Shown: one piece after another, positions 26,959 to 36,111 of the stretch | Layout: each line of letters opens with the position of its first letter | How positions within the stretch are numbered: position 1 is the stretch's first letter | The notes under the pieces: model-generated | Seen by the model: only the letters and a program-made list of their open reading frames with translations | Database searches by the model: none | Told to the model about the DNA's origin: nothing | IMG/VR virus record: IMGVR_UViG_2861736478_000001 | Coordinates: 12,387 to 76,386 of that record | DNA length: 64,000 bases | Strand: one strand, 5' to 3' | From: a virus | Taxonomy: Duplodnaviria > Caudoviricetes | Made by a program: the position numbers and the translations under genes

Positions 26959-27474
26959 ATGAACGAGATACAGCCTCAGCGCGGCACCCTCGTGCCCACG
27001 CCCGAGGAGTGGCAGCCGGGCGACGTCGTGCTCGACAACCAGGGCAGTCTGTTCGCCCGAGCGTCGGCGCACGATGAGGCGAAAGGGTGGCCCTGGGGCT
27101 ACACCTCGACTGCCGCCAGGGGATTCGACGGCGAAGCGTATGTGCCCGAGGGGTCTGTGGAAGAGGGTTATCCGACCCGTCCGCTCCGGCTCCTGGTCCG
27201 CGATGGCCGCACCGTTGCCAGCCCGGACACGAAGGCTCAGCCGTACCGAGCGTTCGACGGCGTTACCACGACCGACCTGATCCTGCTCGACCAGCTGCTG
27301 CGCGCCGACGAGACCGGTTTGACCAAAGCGGCCGGACTGGCCGGGCGTATCCGGGAGGAACTGGCCCGCCGTCCCGCCCATGACAAGGAGGCCGCGCTGC
27401 GAGAAGTGTCCGACATGGCGGTCAGGTTCATCGGGACCGGCGTGTGGCCGCTGATGAACGAAAGCGGGGAATGA
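26959..27474 (+). CDS. Hypothetical protein
   Basis: Coding bias. Confidence 0.55.
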   Translation: MNEIQPQRGTLVPTPEEWQPGDVVLDNQGSLFARASAHDEAKGWPWGYTSTAARGFDGEAYVPEGSVEEGYPTRPLRLLVRDGRTVASPDTKAQPYRAFDGVTTTDLILLDQLLRADETGLTKAAGLAGRIREELARRPAHDKEAALREVSDMAVRFIGTGVWPLMNESGE

Positions 27475-27528
27475 GACCGATGAGCGAGTGGCACCCCTGG
27501 TACGGCATGGATGAGGCTTCGGCGCGAG

Positions 27529-27557
27529 GCGGTCATTAGTGGATCTCCAATGACCGC
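27529..27557. other. 11-7-11 dyad overlapping recombinase start codon (candidate recombination core site)
   Basis: GCGGTCATTAG-TGGATCT-CCAATGACCGC, 10 of 11 arm positions match. Confidence 0.4.
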
Positions 27558-28545
27558 AGAGCTTGCGCCGCTGCGAGACGGTGCCCTACTCCTTGACGAC
27601 GAGGTGGCGGAGCGGTTGGCCGCGCTCGACCAGGCGGCCGTCGCCTACTTGGACACGACGACGAAGCCGAACACCAGGCGCGCTTACGGCGACGACTGGC
27701 GGACGTGGACCAGGTTCTGCGCCGAGCTGCGCATCCCGGCCGGCGCGGCGACGCTGGGCACGCTGGTCGGGTTCGTCAACTGGTTGTACTCGGCCGGGAA
27801 CGCGCCCTCCACGGTAGACCGGCGGCTGGCGGGCGTGTCGGTGACGTTCCGGGACGCGGGCAGGCCGATCGACAAGCCGGTCATGCAGGCCGCCCGGAAG
27901 GCGATGGCTGCGGAGGCGGACAACCTAGCCCGTGCCAACGAGCGACGTGGCCGGGGGAAGGCCCCCGCAGTCACGGTCGCGCAGCTGCGGCTGATGTGCC
28001 GGGCCTGCCCAAGCGACACGCTCGCCGGGATCCGCGACCGGGCGCTGCTCCTGATCGGGTTCGCCATCGCGGCACGACGGTCCGAGCTGGCCTCGCTGCA
28101 CGTGTCCGACGTCGTCGAGGTCGAGGAGGGCCTGATCGTCACGGTCCGGTTCGGTAAGCGCGGCGCCCGCGAGGTGGCCGTGCCGTACGGGTCGAATCCG
28201 CTGACGTGCCCGGTCCGGGCGTGGCGGGCGTGGCTGGCCGCGTCCGGGCTCGTGGAGGGCCCGGCGTTCCGGTGGATCGACCGGCACGACAAGCTCCGGG
28301 ATCGGGAACTGTCCGGTCAGGCTGTCGGGGACGTGGTGACCCGCGTTGCTGGACGGGCCGGGCTGGCAGGCCGGACGGCGCATGGCCTGCGCTCGGGCCT
28401 GGCGACAGAGGCCCGTCGCGCCGGGCATGACTCGGTGTCGATCGCTGCACAGGGTGGTTGGTCACCCACGTCAAGGGACCTATTCGGCTACATGCAGATC
28501 GTAGATCGCTGGGCTGACAACGCCGCAGCGGGACTCGGCCTGTGA
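27550..28545 (+). CDS. Cre-like tyrosine recombinase
   Basis: SAM-like N-domain (NTRRAYGDDWRTWTRFC). RDRALLLIG..ARRSEL, HGLRSG, QGGWS (Trp as in Cre), LFGY. Confidence 0.9.
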   Translation: MTAELAPLRDGALLLDDEVAERLAALDQAAVAYLDTTTKPNTRRAYGDDWRTWTRFCAELRIPAGAATLGTLVGFVNWLYSAGNAPSTVDRRLAGVSVTFRDAGRPIDKPVMQAARKAMAAEADNLARANERRGRGKAPAVTVAQLRLMCRACPSDTLAGIRDRALLLIGFAIAARRSELASLHVSDVVEVEEGLIVTVRFGKRGAREVAVPYGSNPLTCPVRAWRAWLAASGLVEGPAFRWIDRHDKLRDRELSGQAVGDVVTRVAGRAGLAGRTAHGLRSGLATEARRAGHDSVSIAAQGGWSPTSRDLFGYMQIVDRWADNAAAGLGL

Positions 28546-28549
28546 CCAT

Positions 28550-28583
28550 GGCTGAGTAGGGCTTGTTCAGGCCCTACTCAGCC
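28550..28583. other. Perfect 13-8-13 inverted repeat (lox-like site or bidirectional terminator)
   Basis: GGCTGAGTAGGGC-TTGTTCAG-GCCCTACTCAGCC. Confidence 0.6.
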
Positions 28584-29641
28584 GCCCGGTCGGGCGCCTT
28601 CGGCTCGATCTTGAGCCTCTTGCGTGCCCACTCCACCAGGGGGTGAAGAGCCAAGCCGCTGGTCATCACAACAAGGATCGCAGCACCCAGTCCAGTGTCC
28701 CAGATGGTCTCCAGGCCGCCCCAGAGCATAAGACCGGAGATCAGGAACCACGTGCGCTTCTGAGATCGGAGCAGCCACATCAGCAGGCACCTGGCAGGGT
28801 GGGCGAGGCGTCGCCCAACCCACGCCGAGCGGGATTCCAGCCCTGCCCACAGGAGCCCGGCCGAGTAGCGGAGCAACTGCGTACGTGATCCGCCTGTCGC
28901 GATCTCCAGAAGATCCCGCCGCCATATCTCGTCAGCTTCGGGCTCGGCTGCAAGGTACGACGCGATGTGCGAGATGCGACCGGCGGCAGTCCGGCGCAGC
29001 GGGATTTCCGTGTCTTCAGCCTGCAGTTCCGTGTAGCGACGCGCCACTCTTATGGCACATCCAATCGGATCCGTATTCAGATGCCGACGTGTCACCGAGC
29101 CTTCCTGCCATCGGTAGAAACCATGGCTGGAGCGCACTACCAAGCCGATCCCGACCGAGAGGGTAGGGTCATCGTCCACTTTGTATGTGCTGGTGACGCC
29201 GAGGCTATGCAGGTCCGCGCGGAGCTTCTTCATCGCTTGTTTGTCGATGGCGCTCTTGAAGCGGTCCTCGGCTAGCGACCGCGGTTCGTCGATCAATAGG
29301 TAGGCAAGGGGTTCCCACCGAACTGTGGCTCGGCGTTCAAGAACGAGCACGTAACCGTGCATCCAAGGCGTGGGTCCACGATGGGTTTGGTCGGAGGCAC
29401 GGCGAATGCGCATCCCAAAGAGGGGGCTGGACTCCGAGACGAGGCCCTGTTCGCCTACGACAAAGGATTCTCCGCCCCGCCCATCGAACCCACGCGCCAC
29501 CGCAAACTCGATCACCTTGCGCGCCAGATCACCGAGTTCCTGCTGAACTCCAGGACTGATCCGTGCCTGGTCCTCTGCTTCGGCAGTTGTCCAGATAGAG
29601 AACGTGTAGGCATAGCCGCCAGCAATCAAGCGCTTGCTCAC
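28574..29641 (-). CDS. PadR-associated membrane protein
   Basis: Coupled to padR. C-terminal WLLRS..RTW...GLM...VEWARKR membrane domain shared with 63074..64000. Confidence 0.7.
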   Translation of the reverse strand: MSKRLIAGGYAYTFSIWTTAEAEDQARISPGVQQELGDLARKVIEFAVARGFDGRGGESFVVGEQGLVSESSPLFGMRIRRASDQTHRGPTPWMHGYVLVLERRATVRWEPLAYLLIDEPRSLAEDRFKSAIDKQAMKKLRADLHSLGVTSTYKVDDDPTLSVGIGLVVRSSHGFYRWQEGSVTRRHLNTDPIGCAIRVARRYTELQAEDTEIPLRRTAAGRISHIASYLAAEPEADEIWRRDLLEIATGGSRTQLLRYSAGLLWAGLESRSAWVGRRLAHPARCLLMWLLRSQKRTWFLISGLMLWGGLETIWDTGLGAAILVVMTSGLALHPLVEWARKRLKIEPKAPDRAAE

Positions 29642-29952
29642 AAGGCCTCAATCCATCGAAGTATTGGGCGAGGACGCTGGCGATTCGCCAATGCCGCAGT
29701 AGCTTGGCTCTCGCCCTCCGCGGTCAGCTCAACAAGGCGTCGGCGAGGACCGGTCGTTTCGGTTTCATCCCAGTGAGAGCGGACCCAGCCGATGCTCTCT
29801 AGCCGTCGCAAGATCGGGTAGACGGTGCCGGAACCGTGGCCGGTGGCTTGGATGACCTCAAGCCCGTACGTGGGCGTGCTCTCCGCTGCTGCTTCAAGCA
29901 GAACGCCGAGCACGTCGCGGGTTGGTGTAGTGAGGCGAATCGGGACAGGCAT
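29638..29952 (-). CDS. PadR-family transcriptional regulator
   Basis: TYGLEV...GHGSGTVYPILRRLESIGWV.S.W....GPRRR..ELTAEG. Confidence 0.9.
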   Translation of the reverse strand: MPVPIRLTTPTRDVLGVLLEAAAESTPTYGLEVIQATGHGSGTVYPILRRLESIGWVRSHWDETETTGPRRRLVELTAEGESQATAALANRQRPRPILRWIEAL

Positions 29953-30031
29953 TCACCCTCCGAGAATCGTTCTCGACCTATGTCGAGTACGACTCTACAG
30001 GCTTCTCGGCAAGGATGCGGGGCCCTCGTTC

Positions 30032-31321
30032 CTACTTGAACTCCTCGACTTCTTCGGCCAGCGCCGCCCTACGCTCCCCAGACAACGGGGCATGCGCATC
30101 GCTGAACTCGACGCTTGTGGGCAGATCGCAGGAGTTAAGACCAGCCAGGAGCGCCCTGGGCTCCGTGACCAAGTGCGAGTTTCTCCGGACGTAGAGCATT
30201 TCTCGCGGCGTCAGATCTCGAACCACTAGCATGTCGTGAGCCTTCAGAAGGAGCATTGCTCCTACCTGTATTGTTACGACAGCATGCGGAGCAGCAGCCT
30301 CCATGAGTTTCGCAACTGCGGCTGCCTTGGCGTCATCCACCTTGGCCTGTTCAAGATCTACCGCACGGAGTTGAATGGCGCGTTGCATCTCGGCGGCCAG
30401 GTCCTGTCCAAGGTCACAGTCGCGGATCTCCTTGGTGCGACGCCAGAGGCCCTTGAACAGCTTCGTGATCGAACCACGGAACGGTCCCTTGCAGGTACGT
30501 ATGTCGTACCCATAGGCGTTGAGAACCTCTTCCAATGCCTCCTCGATGGGTGCCAGGGAAGCGTCATCGGCTTCACCTCCGACATACACCAGGATCCTGG
30601 GCTCCTGAACGAAATCGCGGTTGAGGAGGGCCGCCATGTTTTCCTCGATCATCGACTGGGCGGCTGTCTCGGCGGTAACCGATGTCGAAGTGGAATGCGA
30701 CGAATACTCCCCTTTCGGGGAGAACGTTGCTGCCCAGGCTCGGAGCGTGTCGGAGAACTCGCGCTCGGCGAGAGCAGCGTCGCGTGCCTTGCGGAAGCGG
30801 TCGCGGGCGGAGCGAAAACCACGCCACGTGTCCGTCTGAACCCTATTTGGGGCTTTCTTGATAGCAGTCGCCCACTGTTGTGAGAGTTCGTCGAAGGCGT
30901 CGGAGGTGGTGCTCCAATCGGTGGACGATGCCAACTCCTGGGCCTTGGCTACGATGCGGTCCAGCTCACGGGCGGCCCGCTCTTGCTCCCTTTCGTACGC
31001 TTGGCGAGACATGACCTGTTCCGACAGCCTGTCGAGGTGACCTATTAGCCTGGTCAGATCGCCGATGCCCTCGGCGGCGGCTACTGCTTGGCGTAGCGCT
31101 GCAATGCGAGCGGGAGCATCGATGAGGTCCAGACCATGACCTCGAATTGCGTACCCAAGCAGCTGCACTTGCCTTGCCAGTTCGTCGTATCTGCGCCGTG
31201 AAGCCAGCTCATCTTTCGGCTCGTCGGCCCGCCGCGCCTGGAGGGCGCGTTCTCCCTCAGCGGTACGCGCGTTGACGGTGCTGTCGTCGTCTACCCAGCC
31301 CCGCCGATCGTTGCTCACCAT
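30032..31321 (-). CDS. DUF349-like helical repeat fused to uncharacterised C-terminal domain (moron)
   Basis: GDLTRL..HLDRL...AQELASSTDWSTT...W...WRGFRSARDRF resembles DUF349. Lower GC than neighbouring genes. Confidence 0.6.
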   Translation of the reverse strand: MVSNDRRGWVDDDSTVNARTAEGERALQARRADEPKDELASRRRYDELARQVQLLGYAIRGHGLDLIDAPARIAALRQAVAAAEGIGDLTRLIGHLDRLSEQVMSRQAYEREQERAARELDRIVAKAQELASSTDWSTTSDAFDELSQQWATAIKKAPNRVQTDTWRGFRSARDRFRKARDAALAEREFSDTLRAWAATFSPKGEYSSHSTSTSVTAETAAQSMIEENMAALLNRDFVQEPRILVYVGGEADDASLAPIEEALEEVLNAYGYDIRTCKGPFRGSITKLFKGLWRRTKEIRDCDLGQDLAAEMQRAIQLRAVDLEQAKVDDAKAAAVAKLMEAAAPHAVVTIQVGAMLLLKAHDMLVVRDLTPREMLYVRRNSHLVTEPRALLAGLNSCDLPTSVEFSDAHAPLSGERRAALAEEVEEFK

Positions 31322-31595
31322 GTCCTCCCGCGGTTGTGATCAATCTTCTGGGACCAGGCATCGTGCCTCGAGTTGTTGGCTCTTCCCCGATTTCTGACGG
31401 CACGATTAGAGTCTGGTCGCCCAACAGTGGCGTCATTTCAGTCAACGCTAGAGGTGGGATCGCCGTTCTCGCCGCGGAATCCGACAGTTCGGCAGGGTTC
31501 ACGCGCAATCGCGATTGCGGCGACTTGACAAGCGTGCGTAGGGTAACGCCCATCGTGAGACGACTGTCTCCACGGCCATGATCTAACCCTTGAAC

Positions 31596-31625
31596 GGGCC
31601 CCGGACCTGCACAGGTTCGGGGCCC
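31596..31625. terminator. Hairpin GGGCCCCGGACCT/AGGTTCGGGGCCC
   Basis: 13-bp stem with one G-T pair and a 4-nt loop. Confidence 0.5.
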
Positions 31626-31750
31626 TCACCATGGACGCGGGCATGTCCTGCACAGTGGTCCTGAGCCGGTCGCGCTGCTCATTTGGGGGAGTGAAGCGCG
31701 CGACCGGCCCGGGAACCCAACATCGCCCCTCTGCACGAACGAGGTGGACC

Positions 31751-32389
31751 TTGACGGCATCCCGCTACATCGAGCACATGGCGCTCGCCTCTATCCCGCG
31801 CGCCCCTCGCAACCCCAAGGACCACGACCTCGAGGGAATCCGCGCCGCGATCGAGCAGTTCGGCCTCCTCATCGCGGGCGAACTCGACGACCGGACCGGC
31901 CGCCTGGTCGTCGGCCACGGCCGGCTCGAAGTCCTTGAGACGATGAAGGCGGAACGCGCGGGCGCGCCCTCCGGGGTGCAACTGGCCGACGATGGCGAGT
32001 GGATGGTCCCGATCCTGCGCGGCTGGGAGTCCCGGTCCGACGCCGACGCCGAGGCATACCTGATCGCCAACAACCACCTGTCCGAGAAGGGCGGCTGGCA
32101 TGAGCAGGGCCTTGCGGACATGCTCGCCTCAATTGCGGCGATCGACGCGCAGCTACTGGCCGCGACGGGCTACAACACCGACGACTTGGCCGACCTCGAA
32201 GAGGCGCTGAACGCTGACCGGCCCACATTCGACGAGGACGATGAGCCGCTCCCCGAGCCGGGCGACGCCGACGAGGAAGACCGCCCGACCGTATGGGGCG
32301 TGGTCGTCACCTGCGAAAACGAAGATCAGCAGGTCGAGCTGCTCCAGCGCATGGTCAAGCAGGGATACAAGGTCCGCGCCCTCATGTGA
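31751..32389 (+). CDS. ParB/Srx-like N-terminal domain protein
   Basis: PRNPKDHD..GIRAAIEQFG...LVVGHGRL...AYLIANN...GGW. Acidic tail ending WGVVVTCENEDQQ. TTG start after GAGGTGG. Confidence 0.8.
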   Translation: MTASRYIEHMALASIPRAPRNPKDHDLEGIRAAIEQFGLLIAGELDDRTGRLVVGHGRLEVLETMKAERAGAPSGVQLADDGEWMVPILRGWESRSDADAEAYLIANNHLSEKGGWHEQGLADMLASIAAIDAQLLAATGYNTDDLADLEEALNADRPTFDEDDEPLPEPGDADEEDRPTVWGVVVTCENEDQQVELLQRMVKQGYKVRALM

Positions 32390-32555
32390 CCTTCTCCCGG
32401 ACCCGCATCTTCCGCAGCAGCTCGCCCGGCTGATCGCAGTCGATGGTCGGGCAGCGCTCCGGCCAGTCCCAGCCGATCGGGCCGAAGTAGTGGCCGCGGG
32501 GGCACCGGCCGTGCAGCTCGAACGGCGCGAATGGGTTCGCTACGGCTTGTTCCAT
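32382..32555 (-). CDS. 57-aa antisense zinc-finger-like microprotein (CPRGH...CPTIDC)
   Basis: Hand translation MEQAVANPFAPFELHGRCPRGHYFGPIGWDWPERCPTIDCDQPGELLRKMRVREKVT. GAGGGGATGAGGG RBS. Exactly fills the intergenic gap. Confidence 0.55.
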   Translation of the reverse strand: MEQAVANPFAPFELHGRCPRGHYFGPIGWDWPERCPTIDCDQPGELLRKMRVREKVT

Positions 32556-32583
32556 CCCTCATCCCCTCGAAAGGCGGTGCGCG

Positions 32584-33669
32584 GTGCGCGCTGACATCAC
32601 CCTGTCGTCCCCGGTCCAGCCGTCGGCCCGAGTCCTCCAGCTACAAGGCATGTTCGACGTCGCCATCGAGGAGAAACTGGCCAACTCCTGGGCGATCGAG
32701 CTCCCCATCGAGCAGAAGCCGTGGAACGTCGGACTGATCGTAGGGCCATCCGGCGCGGGCAAGTCTACGATCGCCCGGCACCTATGGCCGGACAAGATCA
32801 TGGGCGCCCAGACCTGGACCGACCAGGCCCTCGTGGACGACTTCCCGCAGGGGATGGGCATCAAGGACATCGTCGCGCTTCTCGGTGCGGTTGGCCTGTC
32901 CAGCCCGCCGGCGTGGCTCCGGCCGTACGGCACGCTCTCCAACGGGGAAGCCTTTCGAGCGTCGATCGCCCGCGCGCTGGCCGACACTGACGGCCTGGTC
33001 GTCGTCGACGAGTTCACGAGCGTCGTGGACCGGCAGGTCGCCAAGGTCGCCAGCCACGCCGTGGCGAAGGCCGTGCGACGTGGGAAGCGTCAGCTCGTGG
33101 CCGTGACCTGCCATTACGACGTGCTCGACTGGTTGCAGCCCGACTGGATGCTCGACGTCGCCACCAGCACCTTCGAGTGGAGGTCGGTTCAACCCCGGCC
33201 CGCGCTCCAGCTCGACGTCCGCGAGGTCGATCGGTCGGCCTGGGAAGTCTTTCGCCGTCATCACTATCTGACCGGCACCCTGCATAAGGCCGCAAGATGC
33301 TTCGGCGGATTTATCGCCGGAGAATTGGTGGCGTTTACTTCGTACCGACATTTCCCGCACCCGAAGACACGCAATATCAAAATGGCTCATCGGACTGTGG
33401 TGTTGCCGGATTATCAGGGGCTGTCGATTGGCGGCGCTTTGACGGAATGGATGGGGCAACATCTGTACGAGCGCGGCTATCGCCTGCGCGCGGTGCTGTC
33501 GCATCCGGCGCTGATCGCCTACCGCTCCCGGTCGCCGCGCTGGAGGCTGGTCGGGCAGGACAAGAGCCTGCGCACCACCAGCAAGGAGAAGCACCTGCAC
33601 GCGCACTCCCTCAACCCGCGGCGGCTGGGCACCGTGTCGTTCGAGTACGCCCCGATCAGCCCCCGGTGA
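32584..33669 (+). CDS. ABC-type ATPase-GNAT acetyltransferase fusion (Mom-like DNA modification candidate)
   Basis: GPSGAGKST, LSNGE, VVVDEF, VTCH, then WEVFRRHHYL...RTVVLPDYQGLSIG. Confidence 0.9.
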   Translation: MRADITLSSPVQPSARVLQLQGMFDVAIEEKLANSWAIELPIEQKPWNVGLIVGPSGAGKSTIARHLWPDKIMGAQTWTDQALVDDFPQGMGIKDIVALLGAVGLSSPPAWLRPYGTLSNGEAFRASIARALADTDGLVVVDEFTSVVDRQVAKVASHAVAKAVRRGKRQLVAVTCHYDVLDWLQPDWMLDVATSTFEWRSVQPRPALQLDVREVDRSAWEVFRRHHYLTGTLHKAARCFGGFIAGELVAFTSYRHFPHPKTRNIKMAHRTVVLPDYQGLSIGGALTEWMGQHLYERGYRLRAVLSHPALIAYRSRSPRWRLVGQDKSLRTTSKEKHLHAHSLNPRRLGTVSFEYAPISPR

Positions 33670-34096
33670 CCGCGAGGTCCCGCACCTTCGACCAGCCCGT
33701 CAGTCCGGGCGCGTCCACGTCGGTGAAGCCGCGCCGCCAGTCGAGCGGCGGCGCGAACAGCCCGAGCTTGCCGCTGACCTCGACGAACCGGGTCGCGGGC
33801 TGGGCGCCGGACAGGACCCAGTTCCACTGGTAGGGATTGGCCCACGCCGAGTCGTGCTCGCGCACGATGTCGTTGAGCTCGACCGACCCCAGAATCACGC
33901 CGAACTGGAGCAGCTCCTCCGGGAGCGTCACCCCGAGTTCGGCCACCCGAGCCCAGCCGCGGGAGTCTTCCTTCTGGCCGGCATGGATGAGCAGCTCACC
34001 GCGGTAGCGGGTGTCCCATGAGCGGTTCTCGACGTCCTTCAGGCCGGCGACGATCAGCGCCGCCCAGGGCTGCTTAATGGTAATCGCTTTAATCAT
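33656..34096 (-). CDS. ASCH domain protein
   Basis: AITIKQPWAALIVAGLKDVENRSW...RGELLIHAG...G.LGLF. Confidence 0.9.
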   Translation of the reverse strand: MIKAITIKQPWAALIVAGLKDVENRSWDTRYRGELLIHAGQKEDSRGWARVAELGVTLPEELLQFGVILGSVELNDIVREHDSAWANPYQWNWVLSGAQPATRFVEVSGKLGLFAPPLDWRRGFTDVDAPGLTGWSKVRDLAVTGG

Positions 34097-34174
34097 TCGC
34101 ATTATCGCAGGATAGCTCACCGGTAAGCGAATTAGACGCAGACCAACCTTGACATTTTTAGGGGGTGCTGCTCA

Positions 34175-34672
34175 ATGAGTGTTCCCCTTGCAAAGCGAGT
34201 TGAGGTCGCTGAGCGGCGAGCGAAAATCGTTCAGATGCGTCTGGCTGGAATGAGCCATGACGCCATCGCACGGCAGCTCGGCATCAAGGGCGGTGCCCGC
34301 GCAGTGTCCAAGGACATGACGCGCGCGCTGGCCTCCGCGGCGAAGGCGCAGCAGGAGTCGTCGGAGCAGCTGCTCGACATCGAGATCAAGCGGCTGGACC
34401 GGCTGATGCAGGCCCTCTGGCCGAAGGCCCTCGACGGCGACGTCAAGGCCGTCGAGGCGTGCGAGAAGCTCATCACCCGCCGCAGCTACCTGCTCGGCCT
34501 GGACCAGATGAACCGCAACGGCGCCCAGGACGGCGACGTCCTGTCTCTGCTCGGGTCGCTGTTCGACTCGCTGCGCGGCCGTCACACCCCGGACGAGGTC
34601 GTCGAGGCCCACGTGGTCGGCGAGATCGAGTCCGGTGACGAGGATGACCTGGACGACGAGGACGACGGGTGA
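34175..34672 (+). CDS. terS: Terminase small subunit (HTH)
   Basis: RRAKIVQMRLAGMSHDAIARQLG...EIKRLDRL..ALWPKALDGD. Precedes terL. Confidence 0.8.
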   Translation: MSVPLAKRVEVAERRAKIVQMRLAGMSHDAIARQLGIKGGARAVSKDMTRALASAAKAQQESSEQLLDIEIKRLDRLMQALWPKALDGDVKAVEACEKLITRRSYLLGLDQMNRNGAQDGDVLSLLGSLFDSLRGRHTPDEVVEAHVVGEIESGDEDDLDDEDDG

Positions 34673-35955
34673 GTCTGGGTCTGGTCCGGCTGTCGCCCAA
34701 GCAGGAGCAGTCCATCGCGGAGTCCACCGCGCGCATCAACATCTGGACGGGCGCGGTCAGGTCGGGCAAGACCATCGCATCGCTACTCAGGTGGCTGATG
34801 TACGTCTCCCGTGCGCCGCGCGGAGGCAGTTTGGTGATCGTCGGCAAGACGAGCGACACGATCAGCCGGAACGTCTTCGAGCCGTTGATGGACCCTGCGC
34901 TGACCGGGCCGGTGGCGCGCAGAGTGTTCTACAACCGGGGCGCGCCGACCGCGAACATCTTGGGCCGCCGGATCGAGATCATCAGCGCGAACGATGTCAG
35001 GGCCGAGTCCCGCCTGCGAGGCATGACCTGTGCGGGCGCGTACGTGGACGAGGCCACCTTGATCCCGGAAGCTTTCTGGGACCAGCTCCTCGCCCGCTGC
35101 TCGGTACCCGGCTCCAAGATCTTTTGCACGACCAACCCCGACGCTCCGAACCATTGGCTTCGCAAGCGTTTTCTCCTGCGGAGTCACGAGCTGGACCTGC
35201 GGTGGTGGCAGTTCCAACTCGACGACAACCACAGCTTGGACCCCGTCTACGTCACCAACCTCAAGGCCGAGTACACCGGGCTCTGGTACCGCCGGTACGT
35301 GCTCGGCGAGTGGTGCATGGCCGAGGGCGCGATCTATGACATGTGGGATCCGGATCGGCACATCGTCGACCACATCCCGCTCATGGAGCGCTGGCTGTCG
35401 GTGGGCGTCGACTACGGCACGGTCAATCCTTTCGCGGCGCTGCTCATCGGTGTCTCGACCCCGGACAAGGTGGGCCAGCGGCGCCTCTACCTGGCCTCCG
35501 AACTGCGGTGGGACTCCCGCGTCGAACGCCAGCAGCTGACCGACGCCGAGTACTCATCCCGGCTTCAGGAATGGCTCGACGGCATGCCGGACTCCTACGG
35601 TCCCGGAACCCGAGGAGTGCGGCCGGAGTGGCTGATCGTCGACCCGTCCGCCGCCTCCTTCATCACGCAGCTGCACCGTGACGGGCTCCTGCCGATGATG
35701 GGCGACAACTCCGTCCTGGACGGTATCCGCACGGTCAGCAACCTCATCGCCGCCGACCACCTGCGGGTGCACCGCTCCTGCGCAGGTTTCCTCGGCGAAG
35801 TCGGCTCCTACAGCTGGGACGAGAAGAAGGCCGAACGCGGCGACGACGCACCCATCAAGCTCGACGACCACTCCTTGGACGCCGCCCGGTACGGCTTGCA
35901 CACCACGCAGGCAGCATGGGCGCAGCTGCTGGAGCCCGTCCCCAACTACAAGTAG
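34669..35955 (+). CDS. terL: Terminase large subunit (PBSX-like)
   Basis: GAVRSGKT, LRGMT..GAYVDE, TTNP, nuclease GVDYGTVNP, IVDPSA, DDHSLDAARY. Confidence 0.95.
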   Translation: MSLGLVRLSPKQEQSIAESTARINIWTGAVRSGKTIASLLRWLMYVSRAPRGGSLVIVGKTSDTISRNVFEPLMDPALTGPVARRVFYNRGAPTANILGRRIEIISANDVRAESRLRGMTCAGAYVDEATLIPEAFWDQLLARCSVPGSKIFCTTNPDAPNHWLRKRFLLRSHELDLRWWQFQLDDNHSLDPVYVTNLKAEYTGLWYRRYVLGEWCMAEGAIYDMWDPDRHIVDHIPLMERWLSVGVDYGTVNPFAALLIGVSTPDKVGQRRLYLASELRWDSRVERQQLTDAEYSSRLQEWLDGMPDSYGPGTRGVRPEWLIVDPSAASFITQLHRDGLLPMMGDNSVLDGIRTVSNLIAADHLRVHRSCAGFLGEVGSYSWDEKKAERGDDAPIKLDDHSLDAARYGLHTTQAAWAQLLEPVPNYK

Positions 35956-36111
35956 ACGCCCGCCCAGAGTCTCGCGGCCCTGGGCGGGATTGCTCCGCCG
36001 GACCCTTCCCAGTCCGCGCGTCGAGCCGCCGGGTGCCTGGCCGCGTGCTGTTGAGGGGCAGCGCGCGACCAGGCATCCACCATCACCGCACACATCAAGG
36101 AGAGGGCCCGC

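Noticed and set aside
27550-28545. Standard prophage integrase with attL/attR in the window
   Set aside because: No arm-binding N-domain, no host genes or tRNA junction nearby, and phage genes on both sides.
31751-32389. ParB as a plasmid partition protein
   Set aside because: Lacks an HTH and a parA partner. Its linkage to ABC-GNAT and terminase fits modification modules better.
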